Shown: in pieces, positions 1 through 11,377 of the stretch
How the letters are laid out: each line of letters starts with the position of its first letter
Position numbering within the stretch: the first letter of the stretch is position 1
From: Macrostomum lignano
Taxonomy: Eukaryota
DNA: 64,000 bases
Assembly (NCBI GenBank): GCA_002269645.1
Contig: NIVC01002246.1
Coordinates: forward strand, 1 to 64,000
Reading direction: 5' to 3'
The notes under the pieces: model-generated
Database searches by the model: none
Told to the model about the DNA's origin: nothing
What the model saw: the letters and a program-made list of their open reading frames with translations, nothing else
Program-made: the position numbers and the translations under genes

Positions 1-39
1 CGCCTGGAGTGGGTCAGTTTTTAGGGAGAATAGTATCTG

Positions 40-435
40 CTATGAGAGCTCATACGCTATGACTCCTATGAGATTCACCATATCGCGGTGGGAACTCACT
101 CAAATGCCATGAGATCTCACCATACGCGGTGGGAACTCATTAAATGCAATGAGATCTCACCATACGCGGTGGGAACTCAGTCAAATGCTATGAGATCTTA
201 TCATACGCTATGGTATCTTCTTCATTTCATTACATTAGATCTTACCTGATGTCATGAGATCTCAGCCTGTGCCGAGATCTCAACCATATAACAATATATT
301 GGTTTGCGTCCGACACGAATACCGTAAGATCCTTAGAAAAGAAATGGAATCACCCATGCCATGAGATCCCATCATAAGCTACGAGATCTTATTCTATGCC
401 ACAGAATCAGGGACCCAATTCCATAGAGATCTCTC
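40..435. repeat. Degenerate intronic tandem repeat (catacgcggtgggaactca / atgagatctc motifs)
   Basis: Recurrent gagatctc and catacgcggtgggaactca units downstream of the WRAP53 exon-3 donor. Confidence 0.6.
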
Positions 436-454
436 ACCCTATGCAGAATCTCAC

Positions 455-3400
455 CTGCAGCTCGTCCAGATGATTATAAGGCGCATACTGCGCCCTCTGC
501 TGGCCAGTGAAGGCGTCCACAGTCGGACAGGATTGTCTCTGGAGCAAGCGGCGAAACAGCAGGTGTCGCGGATCGGCCGAATTCATGCTGGGATACCTGC
601 GATTGTTGGCGCATTGGCGGATAAAGGGGGCTCGATGGTGTTGTAAGCAGTCAAAGTTTTCAGAGGCAATTTTCTGGGAAAGCGATTCTCTGAGGGGGGG
701 GGCGATTCTCTGAGGGGGGGCGATTCTCTGGGGGGGGGGCGATTCTCTGAGGGGGGGGCGATTCTCTGAGGGGGGGGGGCGATTCTCTGAGGGGGAGGGG
801 GCGATTCTCTGAGGGGGGGGGGCGATTCTCTGAGGGGGAGGGGGCGATTCTCTGAGGGGGAGGGGGCGATTCTCTGAGGGGGAGGGGCGATTCTCTGAGG
901 GGGGGGCGATTCTTTGCAGGGCGATTCTCTGAGAGGGCGAGAATCTGAGGGGAGGGCGATTCTTAAGAGGTGATTTTCTGAAGGTGGGGGCGATTCTTCG
1001 AAAAATATTCAAGATTCAATTTATTGAGAAGGCGATTCTTTTAGAGGCGATTATTAAACGATTATTTCAGGGGTAATTCTTCCGTTGCAGATTTGTCAAA
1101 CCTACCAGCACATATCGTAGATCAGATCAGACTCGGGCATGTTCAGCACAGGCTGCCAGCCACCTTCAGCAGCTTCGGATTCGTTCAATCGCGGCATATT
1201 AAACAGTCGAAGCTGATTATCTGCCGAATTTGTCAACAGGCAGAGCCCATCGGGAGAGAATTTACAGCCACGAAAGTAGTTGCTATCGCGAACCAGAGTG
1301 AATGCTGACAGCTCGGCTGGGGGCCGCGAGCTGCTGGGTTCAACGAGTTGTATAGAGCGCGGAGCTCGTCCGCTGCTGATACACCGACTGTGGCAGCGTC
1401 ATCCGCCCCTGCAGTCCTCTGGGCGGCGTCATCCGCCCTGCAGTCCTCTGGGCGGCGTCATCCGCCCCTGCAGTCCTCTGGGCGGCGTCATCCGCCCCTG
1501 CAGTCCTCTGGGCGGCGTCATCCGCCCCTGCAGTCCTCTGGGCGGCGTCATCCGCCCCCAAAGTCCTCTGGGCGGCGTCATCCGCCCCTGCAGTCCTCTG
1601 GGCGGCGTCATCCGCCCTGCAGTCCTCTGGCGGCGTCATCCGCCCCAAAGTCCTCTGGGCGGCGTCATCCGCCCCTAAAGTCCTCTGGGCGGCGTCATCC
1701 GCCCCCAAAGTCCTCTGGGCGGCGTCATCCGCCTCCAAAGTCCTCTGGCGGCGTCATCCGCCCCAAAGTCCTCTGGCGGCGTCATCCGCCCCTGCAGTCA
1801 TCTGGGCGGCGTCATCCGCCCCCAAAGTCCTCTGGGCGGCGTCATCCGCCCCGAAGCCAGCTGTTCTTCAACCGCCGCGGCATCCAAAGACGCGAACGCC
1901 TCCAATGACACGGCAGCCGCAGCGGCTACTGTTGAATCAATTCTGGCGAGTTTCACCGACGGGGTTGACGGATCTTGGGCGTCGGCGGCGGCCCAGTCCC
2001 AGCTGAGCTCCCAGTCTCTGGGGAATTCAGTGTGTGCGAGAAACCATTTTAAAGGTGGGGATGGGAGATTCTTGGGTTGGGATGGGAGATTCTTGAGGTT
2101 GGGGATGGGAGATTCTTGAGGTGAGATGAGAGATTCTTGAGGTGGGGTTGGAGATTCTTGGGGTTGGGATGGGAGATTCTTGAGGTGGGGTTGGAGATTC
2201 TTGGGTGAGATGGAAGATTCTTGGGGTGTGGTGGGAAATTCTTGGAGTGTGGTGGGAAGATTCTTGAGGTTGGGAATGGGAGATTCTTGAGGTTGGGGAT
2301 GGGAGATTCTTAGGGTGTGGTGGGAGATTCTTGAGGTTGGGGATGGGAGATTCTTAGGGTGTGGTGGGAGATTCTTGAGGTTGGGAATGGGAGATTCTTG
2401 AGGTTGGGGATGGGAGATTCTTAGGTTGGGAATGGGAGATTCTTGAGGTTGGGGATGGGAGATTCTTGAGGTTGGGGATGGGAGATTCTTAGGGTGTGGT
2501 GGGAGATTCTTGAGGTTGGGAATGGGAGATTCTTGAGGTTGGGGATGGGAGATTCTTAGGGTGTGGTGGGAGATTCTTGAGGTTGGGAATGGGAGATTCT
2601 TGAGGTTGGGGATGGGAGATTCTTGAGGTTGGGAATGGGAGATTCTTGAGGTTGGGGATGGGAGATTCTTGAGGTTGGGAATGGGAGATTCTTGAGGTTG
2701 GGAATGGGAGATTCTTGAGGTTGGGAATGGGAGATTCTTGAGGTTGGGGATGGGAGATTCTTGAGGTTGGGAATGGGAGATTCTTGAGGTTGGGGATGGG
2801 AGATTCTTGAGGTTGGGAATAGGAGATTCTTGAGGTTGGGAATGGGAGATTCTTGAGGTTGGGAATGGGAGATTCTTGAGGTTGGGGATGGGAGATTCTT
2901 GAGGTTGGGAATGGGAGATTCTTGAGATTGGGGATGGGAGATTCTTAGGGTGTGGTGGGAGATTCTTGAGGTTGGGAATGGGAGATTCTTGAGGTTGGGG
3001 ATGGGAGATTCTTGAGGTTGGGAATGGGAGATTCTTGAGGTTGGGGATGGGAGATTCTTGAGGTTGGGAATGGGAGATTCTTGAGGTTGGGGATGGGAGA
3101 TTCTATAGGTGGGGTTGGAGATTCTTGGGGTTGGGATGGAGATTCTTGAGGTTGGGGATGGGAGATTCTTGAGGTTGGGAATGGGAGATTCTTGAGGTTG
3201 GGGATGGGAGATTCTTGAGGTTGGGAATGGGAGATTCTTGAGGTTGGGATGGAGATTCTTGAGGTTGGGAATAGGAGATTCTTGAGGTTGGGGATGGAGA
3301 TTCTTGAGGTGGGGTTGGAGATTCTTGGGGTTGGGATGGGAGATTCTTGGGTTGGGATGGGAGATTCTTGAGGTTGGGGATGGGAGATTCTTGAGGTGGG

Positions 3401-4032
3401 ATTGGAGATTCTTGAGGTGAGATGAGAGATTCTTGAGGTGGGGTTGGAGATTCTTGGGTGAGATGGAAGATTCTTGGGGTGTGGTGGGAGATTCTTGAGG
3501 TTGGGGATGGGAGATTCTTGAGTTGGGGTTGGAGATTCTTGAGGTGAGATGAGAGATTCTTGAGGTGGGGTTGGAGATTCTTGGGGTGAGATGGAAGATT
3601 CTTGGGGTGTGGTGGGAGATTCTTGGAGTGAGATGGGAGCTTCTTGGGGTGTGGTGGGAGATTCTTGGAGTGAGATGGGAGCTTCTTGGGGTGTGTGGTG
3701 GGAGATTCTTGGAGTGAGATGGGAGCTTTTTGGGGTGTGGTGGGAGATTCCTGCGGTGAGATAAGAGATTCTTGGGTTGGGATGGGAGATTCTTGGGGTT
3801 GGGGATGGGAGATTCTTGGGGTTGGGGATGGGAGATTCTTGGGGTGTGGTGGAGATTCTTGAGGTGAGATGGGCTTGATTCTCTGCGCTAGAAGCCATTA
3901 ATGAGCCCTCAAAACAATCCAGAGACCAGCTCACTTTTCACTAAGTTGGCTAGACTCCTGTCTACTTCTAATAGAAGCAATTGGAGCAGCAGCAGTCCCT
4001 TCAGCACCGTGATCAACGTTCATCAGCTGCAT
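455..4032 (-). CDS. WRAP53: WRAP53/TCAB1 (telomerase Cajal body protein 1, WD40), 5' three exons; gene continues off the left edge
   Basis: Exons 4032-3935, 2017-1106 and 596-455 have GT-AG junctions and compatible phases (AA|A, TG|G). Translation gives NYFRGCKFSPDGLCLLTNSADNQLRLFNMP...ESDLIYDMCW|YPSMNSADP..CCFAACSRDNPVRLW.DAFTGQQRAQYAPYNHLDELQ, matching TCAB1 ([22 protein letters not shown]...[20 protein letters not shown]). Several single-base frameshifts; the start codon is uncertain. Confidence 0.9.
665..1050. repeat. Intronic minisatellite, unit gcgattctctgag(g)n, about 20 bp
   Basis: Direct tandem copies fill WRAP53 intron 597-1105. Confidence 0.9.
1395..1855 (-). repeat. 30-bp minisatellite inside WRAP53 exon 2, encoding (A/L)GADDAAQRT
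   Basis: Unit gtcctctgggcggcgtcatccgcccctgca, about 15 copies, flanked on both sides by open coding sequence. Confidence 0.8.
2055..3870. repeat. Intronic minisatellite, 22-23 bp (gggagattcttgaggttggg[a/g]at)
   Basis: Fills WRAP53 intron 2018-3934. The 329-aa ORF in this region is a by-product of the repeat. Confidence 0.95.
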
Positions 4033-5635
4033 TTTGGACGACAGACCCGAGGGCCATCGGCGGAACTACTCGAATCTTCTCTTCCTCTAGTAGCAGCAAG
4101 GCCGCCAATTCTCGCAACCTTCGGTACGGCCAGGTAATGCGAAACAAATATGGGCGATTTCGATCGCTCTTCATCATCCGGGATTTCCGCCGCGGCAGCC
4201 CCCTCCTGAGGCGGACTTTTATCGGCCTGCGAGTTGCAACAAACAATTGCGTTTTTTACGTAGTTTGAATGCCGCCAGGCTACTATGAGGAGGCGATGTG
4301 GCTAATAAAAAGGATTGTCTCATTTAAGCTTGTCTGATGTTTGCAAGCGTTTTCAGCATATTTGTGATTAACCCTAGCAATGCCCCCCAGTCGGTGTCTA
4401 ACTCTTAGCAATACCCAGTCAGTGTCTAACCCTTAGCAATACCCCTCAGTCAGTGTCTAGCCTTAGCAATACCTCTCATTCAGCGTCTAACCCTAGCTCT
4501 GTCACCTTAAATATACCTGGAAACGCAGATAAAAAAGCAAGCAAAGACCGGCACTAAGCAAACATATTCCTGTAAACATGAAGCAGGCAACTTGCAAGTA
4601 TTAACTATATATTAATTAATAACGTTTTTATATTTAGATGCTTATAGTACTATTAAGATTTTTCCCAAAAACTATAATTGTTGGTTGAAGCACAAGGATT
4701 TGGTAGATTAACAGAATTAATTGTATCGTATAAGGTTCGTATCTATTATAGAAGTGTTTCACTGTTGAAAATATTATAATTTGATATAGGACTACTAGCC
4801 ATCTACACGCTTGTGTTACAAATACACAAGGGTTACACGCATGTTAAATGCAATTATAGCAATGAAGTTACTCTTCAGAAGAACAGTTTGGAAAAGGAAA
4901 GTTTTTTTAATAATATTTCAGAGAGTTTTTGCCGCCCATGCAAAGTTTATTTCGGAAAGAAAATGAATCATAGGAACAATTAAGTATTCTATCCACTAAT
5001 GCCAATTTGAAGCATTTAACGATCAATCTTGTTATCCTAATAAGATAACTATCTCATCTAATCATACCACATTTACCTGGCCAATTATGCCATAAATTTA
5101 CTTGGCCAATTCTATTACCTTTACCTGACCAATTATCAATTATCTCACATTTGCCTAATCAATTTCTATTACCTGACCAATTATATATCTCACCTTACCT
5201 ACCTAACCATTATCTAATTTACCAATTATCCTAAATGCACCTAACCAGTTATGTCACATATATCAGACGAATTAGTCCACACATTTCTGAATAATCGTCC
5301 AATTATTGATCATGAATGTGAGTGCTGATCCCACATCCCCCGATTACAAAGCAAATATTATTAGGCAAAATTATCGGTGATTCATAAACAAATATTAGGG
5401 GATATTGGAGCACTTTAAACTCAAAAAATGCGACGATTGCATAAAAAAGCAGGAAGAAATAAAACAAATAAACCGGGGTACTGATACTGATAACAAACTC
5501 AAAGCAAATTTCCAAGAGATGACAAATTCAAATTATTAGGTACTTAACACGGAACAGATGGTTAATGAGCAACCTGTGACCTCACTGGCCAATGGATACT
5601 GAAGGTCAATTATTGTCCAAATATAGCCTTTTCCA

Positions 5636-8600
5636 TCATTCTTCAGCACCAACAGACCGAACTGTATATAGAGGCCAGTCCTCTTCATCCTCATCAATAC
5701 CAACAATTAGGAAGCGTTTAATCGCATTGATGTCGCCGTTCGCTCCATTCTCCTCAGCCTGCTCAGACTCGAACTGACACCTGCAAGCCAGAGCGGGCAG
5801 AGCTGACAGCTGCAGAGCTTCAGGCATCGCTTGAAACAGTTCAACATCGGCGTCAGCAACCGCCGAGCCTTCGTCAATCAGTACAACACCCGCCGATTTG
5901 CCGTGCTCATCGATAGATTCAATTTGAGTCCGACGCAATTGCATACTACTGTCGTCAGTAGCATCAGTAGCAGGCGAACGCATCAGAGCTCGGTGCTTTA
6001 CTACTACAACGCTGAAATCAAGTCTGGCACCATCTTCCCGCTCACCAGCGGCTTTAGCCAGAGCCTCGGCTAAGCAACCAGTTCGAGCTTCCACCGCGGC
6101 TGAATCTTCCCGTCTGACGTAAAACACTGCATCATCATAGCTTTCATCGTTTTCATTGACCCTAGGAGCAATGCAACCAACGATTGTATCGCCAACGGAT
6201 AGTCTGAGCTTGCCTCTGTCACCGTCAGCATCTTCCGGCAATATTTGATCTTCATCTTCAACGATCGTTTCATCCAAGTCGTCGCCAGCCTCCGCTATAG
6301 CTTCATCATTCTTTGCTTCAGTCTCAGTAGTAGTTTTCAATTCAACTTCAGCTTCTCCAGCCTCTTCAGCGGCTTCATCGTCACCTCCAGCATCCTTGCC
6401 GGCATCGTCAGTTTCAATCAGCTGCATCAAGAAGTCATTCTCAGTCTGGTCTAAGTTGACAATAAAATCTTGTGCAGCTGTCTCAGCCGAATCGCTTGGC
6501 AGCTCAAGAGACACCAGCAGAGGCTTGTCCGACGCGTCCGTTCGTTCGACAAGCGCCGCGCCAGCGTCCGGTTTGAATCGGCCACCCTCAACAGGGCAGC
6601 GCAGTTGGCAGCGAATAGCAAAGGCGGGAACTCGAAACTCGGCTCGGCCGGCCGGCAACGGACGAAGCTGCAGCTCGGCCGGGGTGGCCGCCGATTCCAC
6701 GTTGCCATAGTCGACAAACAGCACGGAGACGGGGTTGAGGGACAGCACCCGGGCTCTGTACCAAGCCTCTTCGTACACGCCGATGCAGCCGTCACCTTCG
6801 GCGAGATCTTCAATGCCAAGGCCAGCGACGGTGGCGGAATCCGCGGCCGCGGCCTCCAAGGCCTCCTGCATGCCAGCGAGAGCCTCCTGGTCCGAGTCGC
6901 GCTGAAGCCACAGCATGGCGCTGCAACGATCTTCGGTCAGGTCGGCAACTACAACTACGGCGTCGAAAGCGGCCAAAGAGCCGTCGGAGGCGACCTCGAA
7001 ATCCGGTATGACGTCGCGTTCAACGGCGTCAGTGATGGTTTCGATGATAGTCGGGTCTTCGAATTTCACAATACCGCTGCTGCTAACCGATACGCGAACG
7101 CTAGGAGTGACTTCTGGTTCCGCTTCCGGTTCAGCTTCGGCTTCGTTGACTGTTTCTTCTGTCAGTCCGACAAGCAGTTCGCCAGCGTCCGGCTTGAATC
7201 GACGCTGGGCGTCCTTCGGCGGCGCCGGCAGGGTGGCGGGGTGGGCCAGTGCTGGCTGGCTGAAGGTGGCGTCCGGAGGCAGGCGGCGCACCTGAGCGGC
7301 GATTTCGGAGAGTTTTTGGAAGCGATTAGTTGAGAAATATTTGTTGAGTGATTTTTTTCGAAGAGAGCGTTTTCTCTGAAGCTGCGAATGCTTGTAGATT
7401 TCCCGAGGATTCCCCAAGATTTTTTTCAAGAATTTCCTGAGAGAATTCCCCTAGAGTTCGCCAAGAGATTTTTTACTAGGATTCCCCTAAATTTTCCTAG
7501 GATTCCCTAAGAGATTTCCACTAGGATTCCCACCGATTTCCTCTTGAATTCCCCAGGAGATTTCACGTAAGATTTTGCGAGAGATTCCCACAGATTTCCC
7601 TGTGGAAAGATTTTCCCTAGGATTCCCCGGCAGATTTCCCCTAGGATTCCCCGGCAGATTTCCCCTAGGATTTCCCGGGAGATTTCCCCTAGGATTTCTT
7701 GGGAGATTTCCCCTAGGATTTCCCGGGAGATTTCCCCTAGGATTTCCCGGGAGATTTCCCCTAGGATTTCCCCTAGGATTTCCCGGGAGATTTCCCCTAG
7801 GATTCCCCGGAAGATTTCCCCTAGGATTCCCCAGGAGATTTCCCCTAGGATTCCCCAAGAGATTTCCCTAGGATTCCCTCTAGATTTCTTCAGGAGATTC
7901 CCCAAGGATTCCCCAGGAGATTTCCCCTAGAATTCCCCAGAACGCACCTGTTGAAAAGTGCCGCGCAAGCTTTTAGTCTCCGCATTGCCATAGTCGATAT
8001 AGAGCAGATCAACGGTGCCAGCCTGTTCGTCGGTGGACAGCACGCGAGCGCGGTACCAGCCCTCCAGGTAGTAGCCAATGCACACGTCTCCGGCAATCAG
8101 TTCGCCGGTGGAGAAACCGGTGGAAGACTCGGCGGCCGGTTCCAACAGTTCCGACAGTTGCAGCAGGTCCTCCTGACGGTCGGAGCGCTGCAGCCAGACC
8201 GTCAGGGAGCCGGAGCCGTCCTCAGCCGGTTTAGACACAGAGATCACAGCGTCGAATGGGCCAGCGTCGACTATGTTCTGCGGAAGTTGGTGATAGTGAT
8301 AAGATATCAATAAGTATTACTTCTTCGATTAATCAGTTACTGCTTGAATGGTGATTGATTGATTGATTGATCGCTGAGTTCTGAATTGTGATTGATTGAT
8401 CGCTGAGTGTCTGAATTGTGATTGATTGATCGCTGAGTGTCTGAGTTGTGATTGATTGATCGCTGAGTGTCTGAATGGTGATTGATTGATCGCTGAGTGT
8501 CTGAATGGTGATTGATTGATCGCTGAGTGTCTGAATGGTGATTGATTGATCGCTGAGTGTCTGAATGGTGACTGATTGATCGCTGAGTGTCTGAATGGTG

Positions 8601-9603
8601 ACTGATTTATTGATTGATTGATCGCTGAGTGTCTGAATGGTGATTGATTGATCGCTGAGTGTCTGAATGGTGACTGATTTATTGATTGATTGATCGCTGA
8701 GTGTCTGAATAGTGATTAATTGATCGCTGAGTGTTTAAATGGTGATTGATTGATCATCTGTCTTAATGGTGATTGATTGATCGATCGCTGTGTAAAAAAT
8801 CGGTAGATAACTGCACATTCTCCCCACACAGGTCACTGACCTCGGCTGGCGATAATTTCACTCGATGGCGCGGCAGTGACAGCTTAGCGGCCAGTTTCGG
8901 CAGGCGGCCAAGCACGTCAATGTCGTTGATTGACAGTCGAACGCCGACTGGACCGGCGGCAACAACGGCGGCGGCTGCTGCGGCCGGGTCCTCGTCGCCT
9001 TGGCCAGCCACAGGCGGCACAGCAATCTCGGCAGTCACGCCAGGCCGGTTGAGCAGTTTGCGGAAGCTGGCCAAGGCGCCGGGCCCGTAGTCGGCGTGGT
9101 CGCAGCCGGCCAGCGAGCATTCGATTGCGAAAGCCGGCAGCTCCGTCAGCTGCGCGCCGTTTGGTTGCTTGGCAACAAACTCGGCCGGGACAACGGCGGC
9201 ATTGCCGTAGTCAATGAAACGAACTAAACAGGCCGAATGCCTGGGCCAATCAAGTGCCACGGCCCGGTACCACTCACCGTCGTCTGGGTGCATCGCCAGC
9301 AAGCAGGCGGATAGGCAGGCTGGCTCCGCCGGCTCAGACTTGATGGCAACCGACTTCAGAGAGAGGGCCTAGCAGGGTTTGGGTTGGATAGATTGATGGA
9401 TAGACAGATAGATAGACAGACAGATAGATAGATAAATAGATAGATTGACAGATAGATAGATAGATGGATTGATGGATAGACAGATAAATAGATAGATAGA
9501 TATAGATAGACAGATAGATAGATAGACAGATAGATAGATAGATAGATAGATATAAATAGACAGATAGATAGAAAGATGGATAGATAGGTGATTAGAGAGA
9601 TAA

Positions 9604-9637
<34 letters not shown>

Positions 9638-9699
9638 GGATAGATAGATAGATAGACAGATAGATAGAAAGATGGATAGATAGGTGATTAGAGAGATAA

Positions 9700-9740
<41 letters not shown>

Positions 9741-9851
9741 CAGATGGATAGAAAGATGGATAGATAGATAGATAGACAGATAGATAGATAGACAGACAGA
9801 TAGACAGATAGATAGATAGGTGATTAGATAGATAGGTGATTAGAGAGATAA

Positions 9852-9896
<45 letters not shown>

Positions 9897-10166
9897 CAGA
9901 TGGATAGATGGGTAATTAGATAGATAAGATAAATAGACAGATAAATACAGAGATACAGACAGACAAAAACACAGACAGCTCACCAGTTTCTCCAGCTTAG
10001 CCAGATCAGCTTCCGGAACCACAAAGAAGCAGTTAAGATTCTCAATATGCACAATGCGAATACCAATTTTAGTGCCATTGGGCGGCACAATGGCTTTAGG
10101 ATAGGCGTCAGCAGCTGAGTGAGCGCTGCTGTTGCCATTCACTAATGGAGCGTGCGAGCTGGCCAT
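5636..10166 (-). CDS. Multi-extended-Tudor domain protein (TDRD/Tudor-like), 898 aa, 4 exons
   Basis: Exons 10166-9984, 9368-8841, 8277-7948 and 7291-5636, all phase-0 GT-AG, 2697 nt in total. Three Tudor cores (GEWYRA..FIDYGN; EGWYRA..YIDYGN; EAWYRA..FVDYGN) plus a fourth degenerate one (LRRTQ..LIDEG). The ortholog cannot be named from memory. Confidence 0.9.
7400..7940. repeat. Intronic minisatellite, about 24 bp (ccctaggatttcccgggagatttc)
   Basis: Tandem copies in Tudor intron 3. Confidence 0.9.
8345..8785. repeat. Intronic minisatellite, 30 bp (attgattgatcgctgagtgtctgaatggtg)
   Basis: Tandem copies in Tudor intron 2. Confidence 0.9.
9390..9965. repeat. (GATA)n microsatellite
   Basis: Long gata/gaca tract in Tudor intron 1. 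Confidence 0.95.
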
Positions 10167-10532
10167 TTGATACGCCTCACTGCTGGCAGCAAATATTGAA
10201 CAGGTAATGCAAATTGTAGCTGGTTGCTATGCCGCTCTGCAGCACTTTGCGATTCCCTTAATAAGTAGTAGGTTTTGTCTAGTCTAGTAACTACGAGTAA
10301 TTTGAAAAAAATAAACAATATTAAAGGCATTCAGAAATCACTAGATTTTTATAACAACCAATAGTTCATTGCGTACTTTTAAAAAATGTGTATTTCAAAT
10401 GTCGCGTTATGAACTCTGGCAAAAAATGAATGATTCAATTATGGGGACACGAAATTAAAATTAATCTATAGATAGCAAAATACATTCATAGTCATAAAAG
10501 TAGTCCAGTCAGGATAACGATGACAAAACTAA

Positions 10533-10958
10533 TTAGGATTTTGGATTGCTAATTGCGGCATAGAAGCAACCCAGCGTGATGCAGCCAATGCAGGCCACTT
10601 GGGCGCCAACTCGCAACTGGATGAGGTACATCTGCAGCGGCAGCTTCCTACTGCGCACCCGCATTAGGTAGTAGGCCACTAGCCCAGTCCACAGGCCAAC
10701 ACCGGCGGCGCCAAATTTGTTATCCTTAAGTCGACTCAACCACACAGCATCTTCACTGTCAGCATAGGAAGAGCTGTCTGCATTGCTGCTACTATTAGTA
10801 GCATCACTGCGTTTGGCGTCAATTGAACGACGAGCTTCAGATAATTTCTTAGCCTCGTCTGGCGTCATTAAACCTCGCTTTGGTTTCTCCTGGTCTGAGG
10901 ATGCTTGGGCTCGACTTTGCACCTGCAAGCCTAATAGTCTGCTCAGCTTTAACTGCAT
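10533..10958 (-). CDS. HIGD1: HIG1 domain family protein (HIGD1A-like), 141 aa, single coding exon
   Basis: C-terminal LKDNKFGAAGVGLWTGLVAYYLMRVRSRKLPLQMYLIQLRVGAQVACIGCITLG matches the HIG_1_N pattern (two TM helices, IxxRVxAQ). A splice acceptor lies 14 nt upstream of the ATG. Confidence 0.85.
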   Translation of the reverse strand: MQLKLSRLLGLQVQSRAQASSDQEKPKRGLMTPDEAKKLSEARRSIDAKRSDATNSSSNADSSSYADSEDAVWLSRLKDNKFGAAGVGLWTGLVAYYLMRVRSRKLPLQMYLIQLRVGAQVACIGCITLGCFYAAISNPKS

Positions 10959-11377
10959 TGTTTACTCTGCTTCTGCGGTGCAAGGTACTGTATGTACTTT
11001 TATTAGTTAATGATCTGCAATGTAATTTAAAATAGAAAATGAATTAGTTTACAGGTTAAAATATAGGCAGTTTTGCAGTTTTAAGTCACCCAAAAATACA
11101 GATGTAGTGCTAATTAGATGACGAGGCATTTAAGCCTAATGTTGTACTTTCGTAGTAACGAAGACGAATGCAAGATGCCAAGTTAGGAAGAGATCGTAGA
11201 TGCATGCAGCGCGTATATTTTCCGCAGCGAAGTAGCTGGCTGCTATACTTAAAATATGAATAAGGCTTCACCCATAAACCATAGAACTTAAGTTCATACA
11301 CAACACCCCCACATTTTAGCAATTAACCTGGAGAGAAATAAATGACTGTTTTCTATTTTGTCTAACGATCAAATAAA

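Noticed and set aside
2945-3934. 329-aa ORF and the other repeat ORFs (434-1012, 7487-7905, 15646-16653, 35512-35802, 37009-37546, 38036-38727, 56083-56886, 58045-58500, 59195-59722)
   Set aside because: They are translations of mini- or microsatellites that happen to lack stops, mostly inside introns of real genes.
4370-4500. Telomere-like taaccct repeats next to a telomerase cofactor gene
   Set aside because: Only a few isolated hexamers within a degenerate unit of about 30 bp; not a (TTAGGG)n tract.
4226-5640. Tudor-WRAP53 fusion through a frameshifted tail and a donor at 5580 spliced to the acceptor at 4227
   Set aside because: It needs two extra frameshifts and a weak gtcaca donor, and the Tudor stop falls at a natural domain end. 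Only cDNA could revive it.
6470-7333. 287-aa plus-strand ORF
   Set aside because: Antisense shadow of the GC-rich Tudor exon.
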